Below, piece after piece: positions 12,686-26,600 of a stretch of 64,000 bases of DNA. A model generated the notes under the pieces. That model had not been told where the DNA came from. It was given only the letters and a program-made list of their open reading frames with translations, and ran no database searches. The DNA is from Lingula anatina (lineage: Eukaryota; Animalia; Brachiopoda), in assembly GCA_051362555.1 (NCBI GenBank), contig CM120640.1, positions 10,416,001 through 10,480,000 on the forward strand, given 5' to 3'. Positions within the stretch are counted from its first letter, which is position 1. The number at the start of each line of letters is the position of its first letter. A program made the translations under genes and the position numbers.

Positions 12686-14455
12686 AAACAAGGCAGCAAA
12701 GCTGTCAAATGTACAGACAAAAAACAGAAAATAAAGATGCAAAATAGGTCATTTTGTCAATTTTGATGCAATAATAAATAATGCTTATAATAGCACTGTC
12801 AGTCAACACTGAATTCTAATCATGCACAACAGGTACCATGGTCAATAACAGGAGCGAACCCAGAGATATTTTCTGATAGTATTCCAAAGTATCTATGTTG
12901 ATCCATCCCCCATTTTTATGGTCTTCCAACAGAAAAAAAATAGATACCAGTCAATATAAACTTAATAACCTGACCGTCTTCCGGAAGACCCAGAAGATGG
13001 TCTCAATCCACCCCTTCAATAAGATTACAGTTTCAGGATCATGAGAGTTCAAATTCACATGATGAAAGTCTCAATTTTTGAAAAATGATGACAGTGCATA
13101 AAATAATATTACATAATGTTTAAAGACATAAAAAACAATACAACTGCTTACGTGGAAATAAAGACAAGACAGCACGGTTCTGAAATGTTTTTTTCCCCAT
13201 TTTTAACAATTTTTTAACATAAAACAAAATTAACAGTTTACTGCCATTTTTATATGATCAACTAAGAAAATTGATGAGATGGGAAAAATATCAATAGAAC
13301 AGTGTTAAATGTCCAATTTCCTCCATTCTGAGATTCTGAACATAGTGAATGATTAAATCTGACAAACTGCAATGATATGAGTTTATTTCCATTTTTGACA
13401 CTTTTTTACACAATACATGATAACAAGTTTACCATCATTTTTACTAAATCAACTAACAATGTTGTAAAGATGCAGGAAATGTCAAACAAACACTTTTACG
13501 TATCTTATTAGTTTAATAATGAGACTGTTAACATGCCTAAGAAATGAGTCTGAGGAAATGTGAAAAAACAGAATACCTTCAAAAATATTGGCACGATTAT
13601 GCTGGTTTACGAACTCAACATGCATTTTAGCAAAACTGACCACTCCTATGACTTTCATGACAATTGGCCCATCTGTTTTTCTTATATTGTGTTTACAGTG
13701 TTGCATATATGCTGAAAAGTGTAAAAAACAGCATAACTACTAAAATAAGAAGTTTACCATCATTTTTACATAATCAACTAACAATGTTGTAAAGATGCAG
13801 AAAATGTCAAACAAACACTTTTACATTTCTTATTAATTAAATAATGAAACTGTTAACATGCCTAAGAACTGAATCTAAGGAAAAGTGAAAAAACAGCATA
13901 ACTTCTAAAATAATGGCCCAATTATGCTAATTTTCAAACTCAACCTGCATTTTAGTAAGATTGACCACTCCTGTGAGTTTAAATGACAATTGGCCTATCT
14001 GTTTTTCTTATATTGTGTTTACAGTGTTGCATATATGCTAAAAAGTGAAAAAACAGCATAACTACTAAAATAGTGGCCCGATCGTGCCGATTTTCGAACT
14101 TGACCTGCGTTTTAGTAAGATTGATTGCTCCTGTGAGTTTCATGACAACAGGCCTATCGGTTTTCCTTGAAATGTGTTAACAGTGTTGTATATATGCTGA
14201 AAAGTGAAAAAACAGCATAACTTCTACAATAATGGCTCGATCATGCTGATTTTCGAACTTGACCTGGGTTTTATGAATATTCATCAGCTCTGTAAATATA
14301 AAGCCAAAAAGTAAAACTTTCTTCCACTTATCGTGTTAACGCTGAAAGTGCACGGCGCCGGCATCGGCGACGGCATCGGCATCGGCGACGACGGCGACGA
14401 CAGACGCAGGTGATGGCAATATGTACAGACACATCTGTGTCTGTACATAAAAAAA
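12686..14455. mobile_element. Helentron-associated non-autonomous (HINE/pearl-like) element with internal tandem repeats
   Basis: Left end AACAAG + small hairpin GCAGCAAAGCTGT + ATGTACAGACA (12709-12719). Right end has a CGGCAT/CGA microsatellite (~14353-14408), a perfect 13-bp-stem hairpin ATGTACAGACACA-TC-TGTGTCTGTACAT (14421-14448) and an A-run. Central ~160-bp repeat array. Confidence 0.7.
13425..14345. repeat. Tandem array of ~160-bp units plus a duplicated ~130-bp block
   Basis: Unit start AAAAGTGAAAAAACAGCATAAC (or variants) recurs at ~13556, 13716, 13880, 14041 and 14200. Block AGTTTACCATCATTTTTAC.. recurs at ~13425 and ~13750. Confidence 0.85.
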
Positions 14456-15347
14456 TGTACTACACTACTTTGAGGGGAAAAAGAGAATTTTGATACAACC
14501 AGGTTTATGTATTAAACTAGGTTTTGACTGGTGTTATTTTTTGTTCCGTGGAGACTAAATTATTGTTCAAGATATTTTTTGTTTGTTTGTTTGAGAGAGA
14601 GAGAGAGCTTTTTTGTGTATTTTGATGGAATTTGGAAGTTACTAGTTGTCTACAAAGTAGTGTGCTGAAAATTGCTCATTAAATGATGAAAGTGCTGCTT
14701 CAACATTGTCTGACCTCCTGTTCAAGATGAGCAAGGGGATGTATCTCTCAAAAAAATATAAAATAAAAGAATTTAAGTTATAAAAAATTGAGTATTGTTA
14801 TAAATGTTTCTGTAAAAGGCATTCAAATATGCCATTTTATTTTGCAAAAGAAATTTTAAAAGTCTTGTAGTCTGATATAATGGTTTGCCAGGAACAACAG
14901 TGTGCAAAACTAACATTTTATTAAGTGACAATTTAACCAGCATTTACTGTATTACAGTTAACACCATCTTTTCATGACAAAGAACATAGATGTGCTCTGC
15001 ACAGCTTTGTATAATATGTATAATGGTTGGGAATTAAAATTGTACATCTCCATGAGCTGTGTAAGCAGCAAACATTAATGAAGAAAACACAGCTTAATGT
15101 TTTTCACTAAATATAATTTACTTGAAAAATGATGTAGATGATAGTAAAATGGTATCACCACCACAATATATCCATACTTCACGAAGGCACTTGTGATAAA
15201 TAATCAGTAGGCCACTTGTTTCATAAACTTTAAAAAATTTATAACCAACCATTGGCAAGGAGCATCTAATCCACTTGGTTATAGTGGAGTGGGATGTCTT
15301 TATTTTGACAAAGTATAAACATTATTTTTGAACACTTTTATTGTTAT

Positions 15348-18300
15348 TTAATGAGCTGCTACAGCAGTACCATTGGTGGCAGTTTCCAGTAAAACTTCTG
15401 TCTTCTCTCTAGCAAGTCCAGCATCTTCTCTTCTCAGCACCTCCATGGCCATTCTGCGGGCTGCATCTCCATCTAAATGAGTTTTCAAAAACTGACCAAT
15501 CTTTGACAGAGCTCCATCCAGTTGGCCTTGCAGCTCACTGACTTTGTGAGCATTGTCAGCAGTTTCACTTTCCATACGATTCAGTTCATACTCATTGTAT
15601 GCTCCACGACATTTGTAGTACTCCTGAAGAGCAGCATGCATTCTGACTTGCAAACTGTGAAGCTGGAAAATAAATGGATGTATGTGCTAACCATGATCTA
15701 CAGGAACATGACACAACATATAGTATTGAAGGAAAATGCATCATCATGTTGTTCAGATATGTTAGGAGCAAAATCATTATAAGCAATATTTACCTGTTTT
15801 AGATCTTTTATTGTAGATTCCATGTTCACTCTGCCATCATATTCATTCATATATTCATTCTTCACTTTGACATACAGCAACTGCAACTGTCTGTAGCGTG
15901 AGGCCAGCTCCTTATTTAGTATCAGTTTATCTGTGAGGTCAGTCTGAGGTGAAAAGAGAATATTCAACATGAAAAAACTTTTTAAATTATCTGTTATAAA
16001 TTATCATCACAGATTAGAATTTATGCTAGTGAGAGTATCATTTTGTCCCTGATCTAAAACACATCGATGAGAATTCATTTTAAGTCTAATTTACAAATGA
16101 GAATTTGCTATATAAATAAAGGCTGAAATGTAGCACCATGTCAAAATCACATGTGGTATTCTGTATTTACCATTGTTTTTTCATGCACTTCCCGCCTGTC
16201 CTTCATGAGTTGCTCATGCTGCATATCTAATGTGTTCATACGAGCTTGAATAAAAATAAAGCAATGCATAAAATTAACAAACACCAGTATGCACCAGTCC
16301 TCAAAAATTAGTTACTTACATTGAAATCAAGTTGGCAAGAGTTAAGGGATAAGATGACATAACTAATTAACCAATATTCCACTAACACCAAGGATTTGCC
16401 ATAAACACCAAGGCAAATATGCCTATGCTTACTAGTTGTTCTAAGTAGAGATTCTTTGGTTTCTTGGTCCACTTTTTGTGCATAAGCCAACTTGATATCC
16501 AGTTCTTCTGCCTTCTCACTGCAAAGTAAAAACATAGTGAAACTATCCGTAAAACTCAGTTTGTGTTCCATGAGAGTAAAGCATTGGCCTTTAACCAAAA
16601 TGTTTCTTTATTCTTCAGCTATATAATTCTTGCATATATGTGTATAGCAAAGCCTATTTAAGCAAAATCCAATTGCCTCTTTGTGTTTATACAATTCTGA
16701 TTTCTTTATTTCATAACAATTTATCATAAGTGCAGAAAAGTTTGATAAAATGGCATTTACTTAGCCTGCTTTATGGCCAGCTCTGTCTTCTGCCAGACTC
16801 TCTTCATCATGTTATTGGATTTGTCGATGTCCTCAAGCTTGCTCAAGATCATTTCAGTTCTTTTATTCGCCTTCTCAATTTTATTGTCCAACTCATTATT
16901 GCTTGCCTGAATACAGAAAAAAAAACATTTTACGAAAATGTCTCCCATTATAAATATATATCTTTGTCTCTGCTTTCAGCAAAATTGCCAATAGATGTTA
17001 CATTACTTTTTTATATATGAAAAGCAATTTGGGGACTTTGAAACATAGTTAAGTTTAACTAGATTAAACCAATATCTATTACAGTGAATGCCCTAGGTAC
17101 TTTTCCAAGACTAATACAATAACTATCATACCTTAAGTTCATTATTTTGTGGATCCAACACATTTTTCCTGCCCATTAATTTTGTCTCTAGTTCTTGGTG
17201 CATAGTTTGGACCTGATTCAATTCTTTGTCTAAACCTTCAATGGCCTGCAAGATTGAACAATATTTTTAAAATCATATCATAACTGATAATGTCTGGCTG
17301 ATAAACACAAAATAGAACAAGTCTTCAGTCATAAAGATTTTTTATTATGATGACCAGGGTGCTGGAATGTTTAACCACTTTGATGCTTCTTGTTCTCTTG
17401 ACCATACTACTAACCTAACTTATTGAACAGAGTTAAAAGAATCGATATCTAATTCATAAAAATAACAAACAAATATTGAATGACACATTAATAATACATT
17501 ATTAACAGATGTAAAATTATCAAACAATGTATAAAGTGAATATCTATTTTCCTTGCATCAGCACCTTTTCTTCAACTTACCTTTGCCCTTTTGGCATATT
17601 CAGCTCTTAACTTTTCCACTTTCCCAAGTATAACTCTGAGATTTTCCATCAATTCATCTACAACTTTCTGGACCTTAGATGATAAACAAAATAATCTTAA
17701 AAAATAATCAACAGTCCCAAAATAAATAAATAAATAAATACCTATAAAAATCTTTGAAATGCCTGTAACATTGTTATCAAAACATTAGTTGATAAACAAG
17801 CATATCACTAATGTAACCAATTAGCACCTACTGTGATTACCAGTGTGACTATAGTGACTATTTCTCACCTTTTCTCTTTTTGCTTTGAATTCATCATGAG
17901 AAGAGACCAGTTCTGTGTTGTCTGACACTATTCTTGCTTGCATCACTGTTTTTGTATGGATCTCATCCTTAACTTGTTTCTTTAAGCTCTCAGCAGTAAT
18001 CTGTCAAAGAAACAGTAAGCACTATGAAATATTTAACAGGAGTGCACCTGTTAATTAAAACTCAACATTCAGTCAATTTGCCTTGATGGTGACGATTATT
18101 ATTATATCTATTATAATCCTATTCATCTATTTTTAATGAACTAAAAATTTGCACCTATTACTAATGAAACTTGCTGAGGCACAAAAAATCAGTATGCTTA
18201 TATTATCAGTAGTACATGTATACAGGTCTGTCTTTCACACTCTTTCCCTCCTAAAAACCTCAATCTCCAAAATTATATATCAACTGACAACATTAGCACC

Positions 18301-21300
18301 ACGTCATCTTACCCTCAGTTTCTCTTCTTCAAGTGAGGCCTTACTCTCCTCTGACATGAGGGTATCTCTGATAGCTCTATTTATGGTCTGAACTTTGCTC
18401 AGTTCCTCCATTGTCACCTCGATCTGTTTCTCTGTGCGAGCAATCTCCTTGTGAATTCTGACGGTGTTTTTCTCGTCTATAACCTTCTGTTTTTGACTGG
18501 AATGAGGCAATGCATTTAACATTACATGGCTATTCAGTACCGAATTTTTTAAATCCCACTAAATTTTGTTGTGTATCAGTAAAAAAAAAGTTTTACACAA
18601 ACAAAGCCATCCATTTTGTAGCTAATGTTTAACCTTGAACTTATCCCAAGTGCAATGTCAATATGCTCTTAATTAAGTCTTACCACTGGTGAATCTTCTG
18701 CGTCATATCTGCTATCATCATATCTCTCTCATCATTCTTCCTAAGAAGTTGTTTTAATGTCTCTTCCTTCAACTCTCTCTGATTCTCAAGCTCAGAGATC
18801 TGCTCTGTGAACTTAGCTTGCTGTGAAGTGAAAATAAATAATTTTATTACCTGTGGATATAATCAAACAACATATTGATTCACTCAAGTTCAATATTTGT
18901 GTTGTATTTCATATTTTCCAAATCTAGTTAAATTTTTATACATTCTTATTAAAACTTCCATAATAGATTTGATTAAAAGGAAATCATCACTTTAAGATGA
19001 AAGGCATCATGCACTAGTTAATATTATCACCATTAAATTAACAGAACTGGTTTACCATGTTTAAAATTAGGTATATCAGGTCGTATTTCAATACAAATAT
19101 ATGATATGAGAGATTTTATCACGTCAACACAGAAATTAACAGAGAGATGGGTAGTGTCAAGTTGAAGTAGAAAGTATTGCAGGGTATCCAAGATGTATTC
19201 AAGATAATTTTGCATGCAGTGCACAAGGAGTTTGGTGCATAGTTTAAGTAGTAAATACTGTGAAACATTCATTTATTATCAAATTAAACACCAAGCATAA
19301 TGTTTGGTATAAGAAATATACATTTTTGGAAACAATACCAAAAAATCTGTTTTAAATATTGGCTAAGAATTGTAAGTCATAACAAAGATTTAAATCATAA
19401 CACAATCATAACAAAACATATTTCATCAACATGCATAATTCATCATTGAAACCTTATGAAAATGTGTGAATTTTTTCCATGCAAAAGTGTCAAATATTCA
19501 CTCATTTCTAATTCTTAAAACAATCAACCATTCTATAACACTCGGGTATTTCATTCAGTTTACCGGCTGTTCCCAGGGATACAATGGAAGGATGTATATG
19601 TATTAGTAAAGAGTTATTTCTATGTTGACACAAAAACAAAATGGTACACAACACTAAAGCACACTGGAAATTTATGAAAACATGTTAAGCTAAAATACAT
19701 CTTGTAAGTAAAAAAGATTTTAATGGTTAATTGAGATAGTAAGGAGTAGTCTGTTGAAAATCTCACTTCATTAGTTTACATATAACAGAGAATTTGCCAA
19801 ATGTGACTGTGAATGCATTTGCCTAACATGTATATACCTTAGATTCCTTCCAGGCTGTCAGTCTATCATTATTCTCTTCTAGTTTCTTGTGTTCAAATGT
19901 CTGCTCCCTAATTCTGCCTTCTAGATCTTTCACCTAAATTGTAACATTTCAGTAGTTTAAACATTCGATTTCATAATACACCACTTGATACAACAATGAA
20001 GTTTCACGATGAAAAGTTTTTATCAGCTATGTTATAATGAAATTTCTCATAAGATTGCACAGAAAGTGACAATTCTTACCTTTCTAGCCTGTATCTCTTC
20101 TGCAGCTCGGGAGTTTTCATTTTTCACATTGAGCACAATCATCTCCTGGTCATTGTCGTGGAGCTGTTGTCTACAGTCATTCATCTGGTGAATGTAGGTA
20201 TTGTTATTCATCTTGGCCTCAGCCAAATCCTCACTGAAAGAGTACACATTTTCATTTATCACAGAGTAAAATGCTGTACTAAAATACAAGTTATATACTG
20301 AGCACAGAATGGATTATTATTGAACATTTGCCCCTTTTTCTAAGGTAAAGGAAATCAAGAAAGTATATGAATAATGTTTAAAGAAAGAAGTTGCCACATA
20401 TCAACTATGTCATTTACTAATGTACATTTTCATGCTTTGTACACTTAAAATCTTACCTGACATGGTTGAGGTCTGTTCTCACACCATCCAAGTCTGATTT
20501 GATATGCATACGTTCCTTTTCGGCTTTAGAAAAAGCTTCAGCAGATTTGGCTTCACAACTCTGTTTTCTGTCAATAGTAACTTGTAACTCATCAACGGTC
20601 TGAAAATAATGATTGCAACAGTACCGATAAAATTACCCCAAAATAACCAAATACACTAAAACAACACACAAACTGCTGATCCCACAAATGAAATTTACCA
20701 CTGATGGAATGCCAAAACTTGCTAAATTCCAAAATTTTTATTTACACATGAACTGATTTTTTCTATGTAACTAAGCTGACACATAAAAAAATAAAACAAA
20801 AAACAATGCAGTAATATATAAATCAAATCAGAATATCACTCACACAACTGTAATTTAATATCACTTACATCATCTTGAGCTTCTTTGATTTTGGCCATAG
20901 CGTTCCGCTCAAGCGATAATTTTTCCTCCACGAGAGGGCAGTGTTTCTGGACAAAGGCAATGTCCTCCTTCAGGCGTTTGTTCATAACTTCTGCTACCCC
21001 AACTTTGTGTTGAATTCTCTCTTCTAGTCTCTCCTTGTATGCAACATGCCAAGCCAACTCACTTATGTCCATGGAACATGCCTCATGTTCTAAATGGTAA
21101 GTACATGTAGTCAATATTCATATTAAAAACACAAAGTTTAAACAATCACTTACTTTATAATATGACAAGTCACACTGCTGTAGAATAAAAGCTACCTTTT
21201 AAAGGCCACTGAGCTCAGCTGAAATTAATTCTGGGTACTTATGTATAAAGACTGAAATATGGACCAGAAATAAATGTTTGAAATTTCACCAACCTCCTTG

Positions 21301-23167
21301 CACAGCTGCTGGAAGATCAACAGACCTCTTCTCAGCTAACATGTCTATTTTATGATTAAGTGTTCTGACACGCTCTTTCTCTTTCTTCAGCATGTCCTCT
21401 GTGTCTAATCTGTCTTTCTCAAGCCTGGCAATGAGAGTCATCACCTCATCCACAACTTCCTCTGCACCAAGATATGGTATATCTGCCTGCAGACCTTGTG
21501 GCATGATGTCAGGGCGGTCATCTACATATAAAGAGAGAGACAGAGAGCTATGATACAGAACTGTTGCATTTCTATGATATTTCTTTTCCACAATTTTCTG
21601 CCATGATGCATTTTTCTAACCAAACAACTGTATGATATGATATGATATGATATGATATGATATGATATGATATGATACGATACTTTAATACTACCGCTTT
21701 TTTTGGTGAATTTGAATTATATGTATGTACCTTTATGTATGTATATACATGTGAAGTTATCTTTTTTCATTTAATTATAAAGAAAAAAAGAAAAAAACAT
21801 GATGCACTTGTAACCCATTTTAAATGAAATAATGCAAGAAAGCAATACCTTTTGAAAAGTTTTAATTATAGATACTCATCGGCACTCACCATTTACTCCT
21901 ACGCCACGCACAGACAGGGTATCTGCTGATGAAGTTGCTCTAGAAGCACTACTAGTTGTCCTTCTGTCAGCAGCTGTCTCACTGCGGCCTGATGACATAC
22001 GTGATGCAAAGCGTAGTTGTTTTTTAGGTGTACCTAAAAATCATAACACATCATTTAAACATAAATTCAAGTGACAAATTAACCAGGCTAACATACATAT
22101 GCATTTGAATAATACAGTCACTTATTTGACAATTAGTTGAACAAAATTCTATGAAATCAAAGTGCAATTTATGTAGCACTACAAATTATGTTTTCTGACA
22201 GCAAAACATTCTTGAGGTTACCTTTTTTCTGCTGAGCAAGAAGCTCAGAAGTTAGAGATCCTGTGGAACTGCTGGCCTGACTTGCCCTTGACCCAGGTAT
22301 TTCTGTGCTGGCTCTGGTTCCTGTGTCTCGACACCATTCTTCAATAGATGTCTGAAGCAGTTCTAAGTGAGCTACTGCTTTCTTCACACATGGCAGTGCT
22401 GCATTTGTTAGCTCACAACTTCTTCGTCGAAATATCTGAGGTATTGATGGCCATCCCTCTGGGAGAGGTCGTAACACATCTAAAATTTCAAAAAGTAAAT
22501 AATGCACTAGTTTAAGACTAACACTGTACTGATAAATAGTGACCAAGCTTTGTTTTGCAGAAAATGGGAAAGATGCATGTTGCCAATTTTTCCAAATATG
22601 GAGGAAAAATATAATTTTCTTCACAATATGAATAATATATAATTACCATTTTAGTCTTTACAGAAAAAAAATTTGATATCTTTTAGTTAAAATGAAGTTA
22701 GATATATTTACCCCCTGCTTCACTAAGATCTTCATCCTGAAATTCTCCATCAATTCCAGAGTCATCTGCAGCAGTATCCACATCACTATCTGTGTTAATA
22801 TCTGCAAGAGATTAAAGAAATATCACTATTAATGGTGTGATTAGATATGATTACTGCTCCCATCCCAAGTTAAAGCAAGAAAATATGAAATAGGCTATTA
22901 ATGTAGCAATTATTAACCAGGTTATTTCCTCCTTATAAGCAATGAATGATTGAAAAACAATTAAAGCATTTTGACAGAAAAGAGAATATAATGAAGTAGT
23001 GCTGTACCTGGACTCTGGGGTATACTTGATGTATACCTGAACTGGCTGTATTTGCCACTGCTCAGCACTGTGGTACCAGCTGTGGTCAAGGCTCTGCGTG
23101 CTGGAGTGCTACTTGAATGTTGACTGGTCTCATCAATTCTCACAACTTTTTCCCGGGGAGATGCCAT
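15348..23167 (-). CDS. CCDC178: Coiled-coil domain-containing protein 178-like
   Basis: About 18 minus-strand exons, e.g. 23008-23167, 22712-22801, 22222-22479, 21890-22033, 21294-21521, 20869-21089, ending in a terminal exon with its stop at 15348; middle boundaries approximate. Diagnostic N-terminal motif RRRSCELTNAALPCVKKAVAHLE, then EEVVDEVMTLIARLEKDR..LPAAVQGEHEACSMDISELAWHV and long heptad coiled coils. Confidence 0.82.
21631..21682. repeat. (GATAT)n pentanucleotide microsatellite
   Basis: About 10 tandem TATGA units in a CCDC178 intron. Confidence 0.9.
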
Positions 23168-23460
23168 GATAAGTGTAGCTTATTCTATCAGCTGGTATTT
23201 CCGCTAAAATAAATGGTGAAATACAACGATAAATCCATCTCAATAAGCGAACAAAACAATGTGACTTGGTATGGGTGTAATAAATATTCTGGCATTGAAT
23301 GTGGGCAACAAACTTCCAAGGTACTGGTTAGATGTAACAAAAATGCATACCTCTAATGTCATTAAAATATTTCAAAAACAAATTTGCTAGATAAATCTGT
23401 TCAGTTTCTCTGACTCGGACCTTAAAAAGAAAAATCATTTTGACAACAGAAGCTACTTAC

Positions 23461-23649
23461 TTCCACCATTTTGACGCCATCTTTGTTTCTAAGTACGGAA
23501 GTAGTCGAACATACACGATCCCTATCACGTGACCACAATTCGACATCACAAAGATGGCGGCCTACAGTTGGTTTAATTTGAGGGAGAGGATATAGAATAT
23601 TGAAATATCTCCCTCTGTCTAGTTGCGATTGTAAAGATACAATTTGAAC
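23461..23649. promoter_or_regulatory. Compact bidirectional promoter of CCDC178 and ASXL
   Basis: Outward-facing YY1-type motifs form a perfect 12-bp inverted pair ACAAAGATGGCG (23475-23486 on minus, 23548-23559 on plus). ETS CGGAAGT at ~23496 and E-box TCACGTGAC at 23525-23533. CCDC178 first-exon donor at 23460; ASXL ATG at 23650. Confidence 0.75.
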
Positions 23650-26600
23650 ATGCAGGCTGAAAGTTTACGAGAACGAAGTATGCGAAAAAAGAAAGGGAGA
23701 ACATGGGCCGAAGCAGCAAAAATCGTAGGTTTCTGTGTTAATTTTGTTGCTTTTGTTCAAGCTTGAAGTTACATACCATCTGATTGTTTATGTTTGGACA
23801 TGATATTTAATAAAGTACATGCGGCATAGTTGTTTTGATTCTGTAAACCTTTTGTTTGACTCATTATTTTAATTTCTTTAGATGTTAAAGACATTTTAGA
23901 AAGAAATCTTATGATAAATTTTGTTTTCAAATTTCATAAGTGGGAATGTGTGGATTAAAGTCAAAGAATGTTATTTAATGCATCATGACATCATTGCATA
24001 AAACTGAACTTAGTTTAAATTTGACATTGGGTTTATAAGGACATGCACTTCTTTGTGGGAAGACATGGTGATAAGATTCAGGTCTAAACTGTTTAGTAAT
24101 GTGTTATAATTGCCAGCCCTGGTTATAATATATTTTGAGAAGAATGAAAATTATTAATGTCAGTTAGTCCTATGATCATGAAAGGCAGATCAAAACCTGA
24201 TACAAATTTAACATATCATATTTAGAAAATAGCTATAGAATGCCTGTAAACGTATGCATCTATGTGTGGCTTGATATTAAAATTACTTCACATCTTTCAT
24301 GACACTTGCCCATGGCAGGTATAACTGCATAATTGTAGACTACCCGTTTACTATTTACACACAAAATGATATTTTCTATGATATACACCATGGGTCATGT
24401 TTTCATTCTTTCATAATGATTGTGGAAAATTAATCCAGTACAATTGATTTTCTAAAAAACATTACTAGTAAGCTCAATTGGTTGATACTTTTCTTCAGGT
24501 ATTAGAAAAGCATCCCCAGACTCCAATGAGTCATAAGGAAATTTTAGAAGTAATTCAGGATGAGGGCCTTAAAGACATAAGGTAAGTCGTTACTTACTTG
24601 TGCAATCATTTCGATTTTACATAAATTCATAAATATGTTGGTTCAGGCTTGTCATTTATAATTCAGCTTATAAAAAATTCATTTACTAGTAAGTTTGCTT
24701 CAGCTGAAAAACTAATCTAATATTAATCATGTTGCATAGTATATATATATCTTCTAGAGTTATTAAGTCTGCAGGCTAGGTTTATTATTGATATTCTTCT
24801 TATCACATCAAATGAGAATTAGTACAACAAACTATAGTTGAGCTTGAGTTTGATGGTGCTTTGAATTTTCTCTTCCATGGAGGTGGGCTTGCACCATGTA
24901 CATAGGTGTATGTTTACTAGTTGTTTTACAGCTTCATGCTATTTGCTTATTTGCATAATATATCACATATCTTTGCTTTCAATTCACCACATATAATCAT
25001 CTTTCATCACTTCTCTCTTTTGCATGACTTTTCATGGAACGCTTAGAAGGTAAAGTAGTGGTTTTGTGCTGTGTTCATATTTGTTTGGGATATAGCATAT
25101 ATAGCAGATATAGAATGATATAGATGTCCAATAAGTTTGAATTGCAAACAAATAGTCAATCCCTTCTGTTTGTGGTTGAACTGCAGTGGATATTGCTAAA
25201 TGCTTTTTCTTATACTTGCAAATGAGCTCACTTTATGATTTTATTTCTCTTTTCTGTCATCTATCTGATACAATGAAAACTGAGACTTTGTTTGTTGTGT
25301 AGAAATTGAATAAGATGACATAGGCATGCTTTCTGAGGCAGTATCATGTCATTTTCTAATGGGAAAAATGGCACCTCTGCTCACAATGATTTGCAATTCT
25401 TTACCCAGTCTGCACCCCAAAACCTTTTTTAGCCAACTGGCCCTTTGAACCACCAGAGACTAAGAGTCCACATGCCCAAAACAGACAGTGGCCAGAAACT
25501 GAAGATATTTTCCAAATTTTATTGGGCAAACTCCAATTGTAATGGCACTTGGTGTTGGGCCAGTGTGGCAGACTGTGTATCCATAGCGTGTGCCCTTCCC
25601 TTCCATAACAGATCTATAACAATCAACAATTCACTGACTGTCAACCAAGATTCTTTTCCTTGTTATAAGAAAACTTATAAACAAACATACTGTCATTAAA
25701 GTAATACATCATATTTAATTGAATCAATTTAGAGTCAATATAGCCTGGATCATGGAGAAGGTGTAGTTATAACCAAAAACCAATTGATCTGTTGCATATG
25801 TAGATACATACAAAGGGCGGGGCATTTTATAATTTGAGCTTTGAAATGCTGAAAGGAAAGTAAGTACTTAAGCAACAGGACTTCTTTTTTAGCTACAGTA
25901 GTTACAGTACATTTAAACAAGATTTTATTCAATTTCAACATTTTTGAAAACTGTCATATATGATATAGTCCTGTTTTTTTTACTGTATTGATTTGAACAA
26001 TACTGTATTGATTTGAACCATTAAGCATGACAAGGCATGCATTCCAAGGCACAGTGCAAATATTTTGCAGGGTATATAAACTTTTAATGACGAGTTGGAG
26101 ATTGTTTTCAAATCAGTTTAATTTATGATAACTGCATGATTTACATATTTTCAATGTTTTACATGCTATCAGTTTCGTCTTTTTGTAAAAATTGAGAAAT
26201 GTTACTGAGACTGTTTCACATCCATAACCTTGACTCAAACATTCACATATTGTTTCTTTTCTGCATATTATTTAATTTTTTTTCTTAAATTTACTTTTAT
26301 TATATTTTTTTGGTGTCCTTGGTATAATTTTGCTCAAGAATAAGTGTAACAGCAGGACAGGGTATCTTTTTCATTGTTTTTTTCTTTTTTCAAGAAGTAT
26401 GTAACTTTTATATTTAACAAAGCTTTTATTGTGAATATGTATAAACATTTTTTTCTAGTGGCACCACTCCTTTAGCCTGTCTCAATGCAAGTTTGCATGC
26501 TAACTCACGTGGGTCAGACAGCACATTTTACAAAGTGGCAGGAAGAATGGGAGTGTATGGATTAAAGGTATGAATATTATAGTCCAATGGTAACCAGTGC

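Noticed and set aside
13425-14345. Regularly spaced repeats as a CRISPR-like array
   Set aside because: Whole ~160-bp units are similar, with no unique spacers and no cas genes; the context is a eukaryotic transposon.
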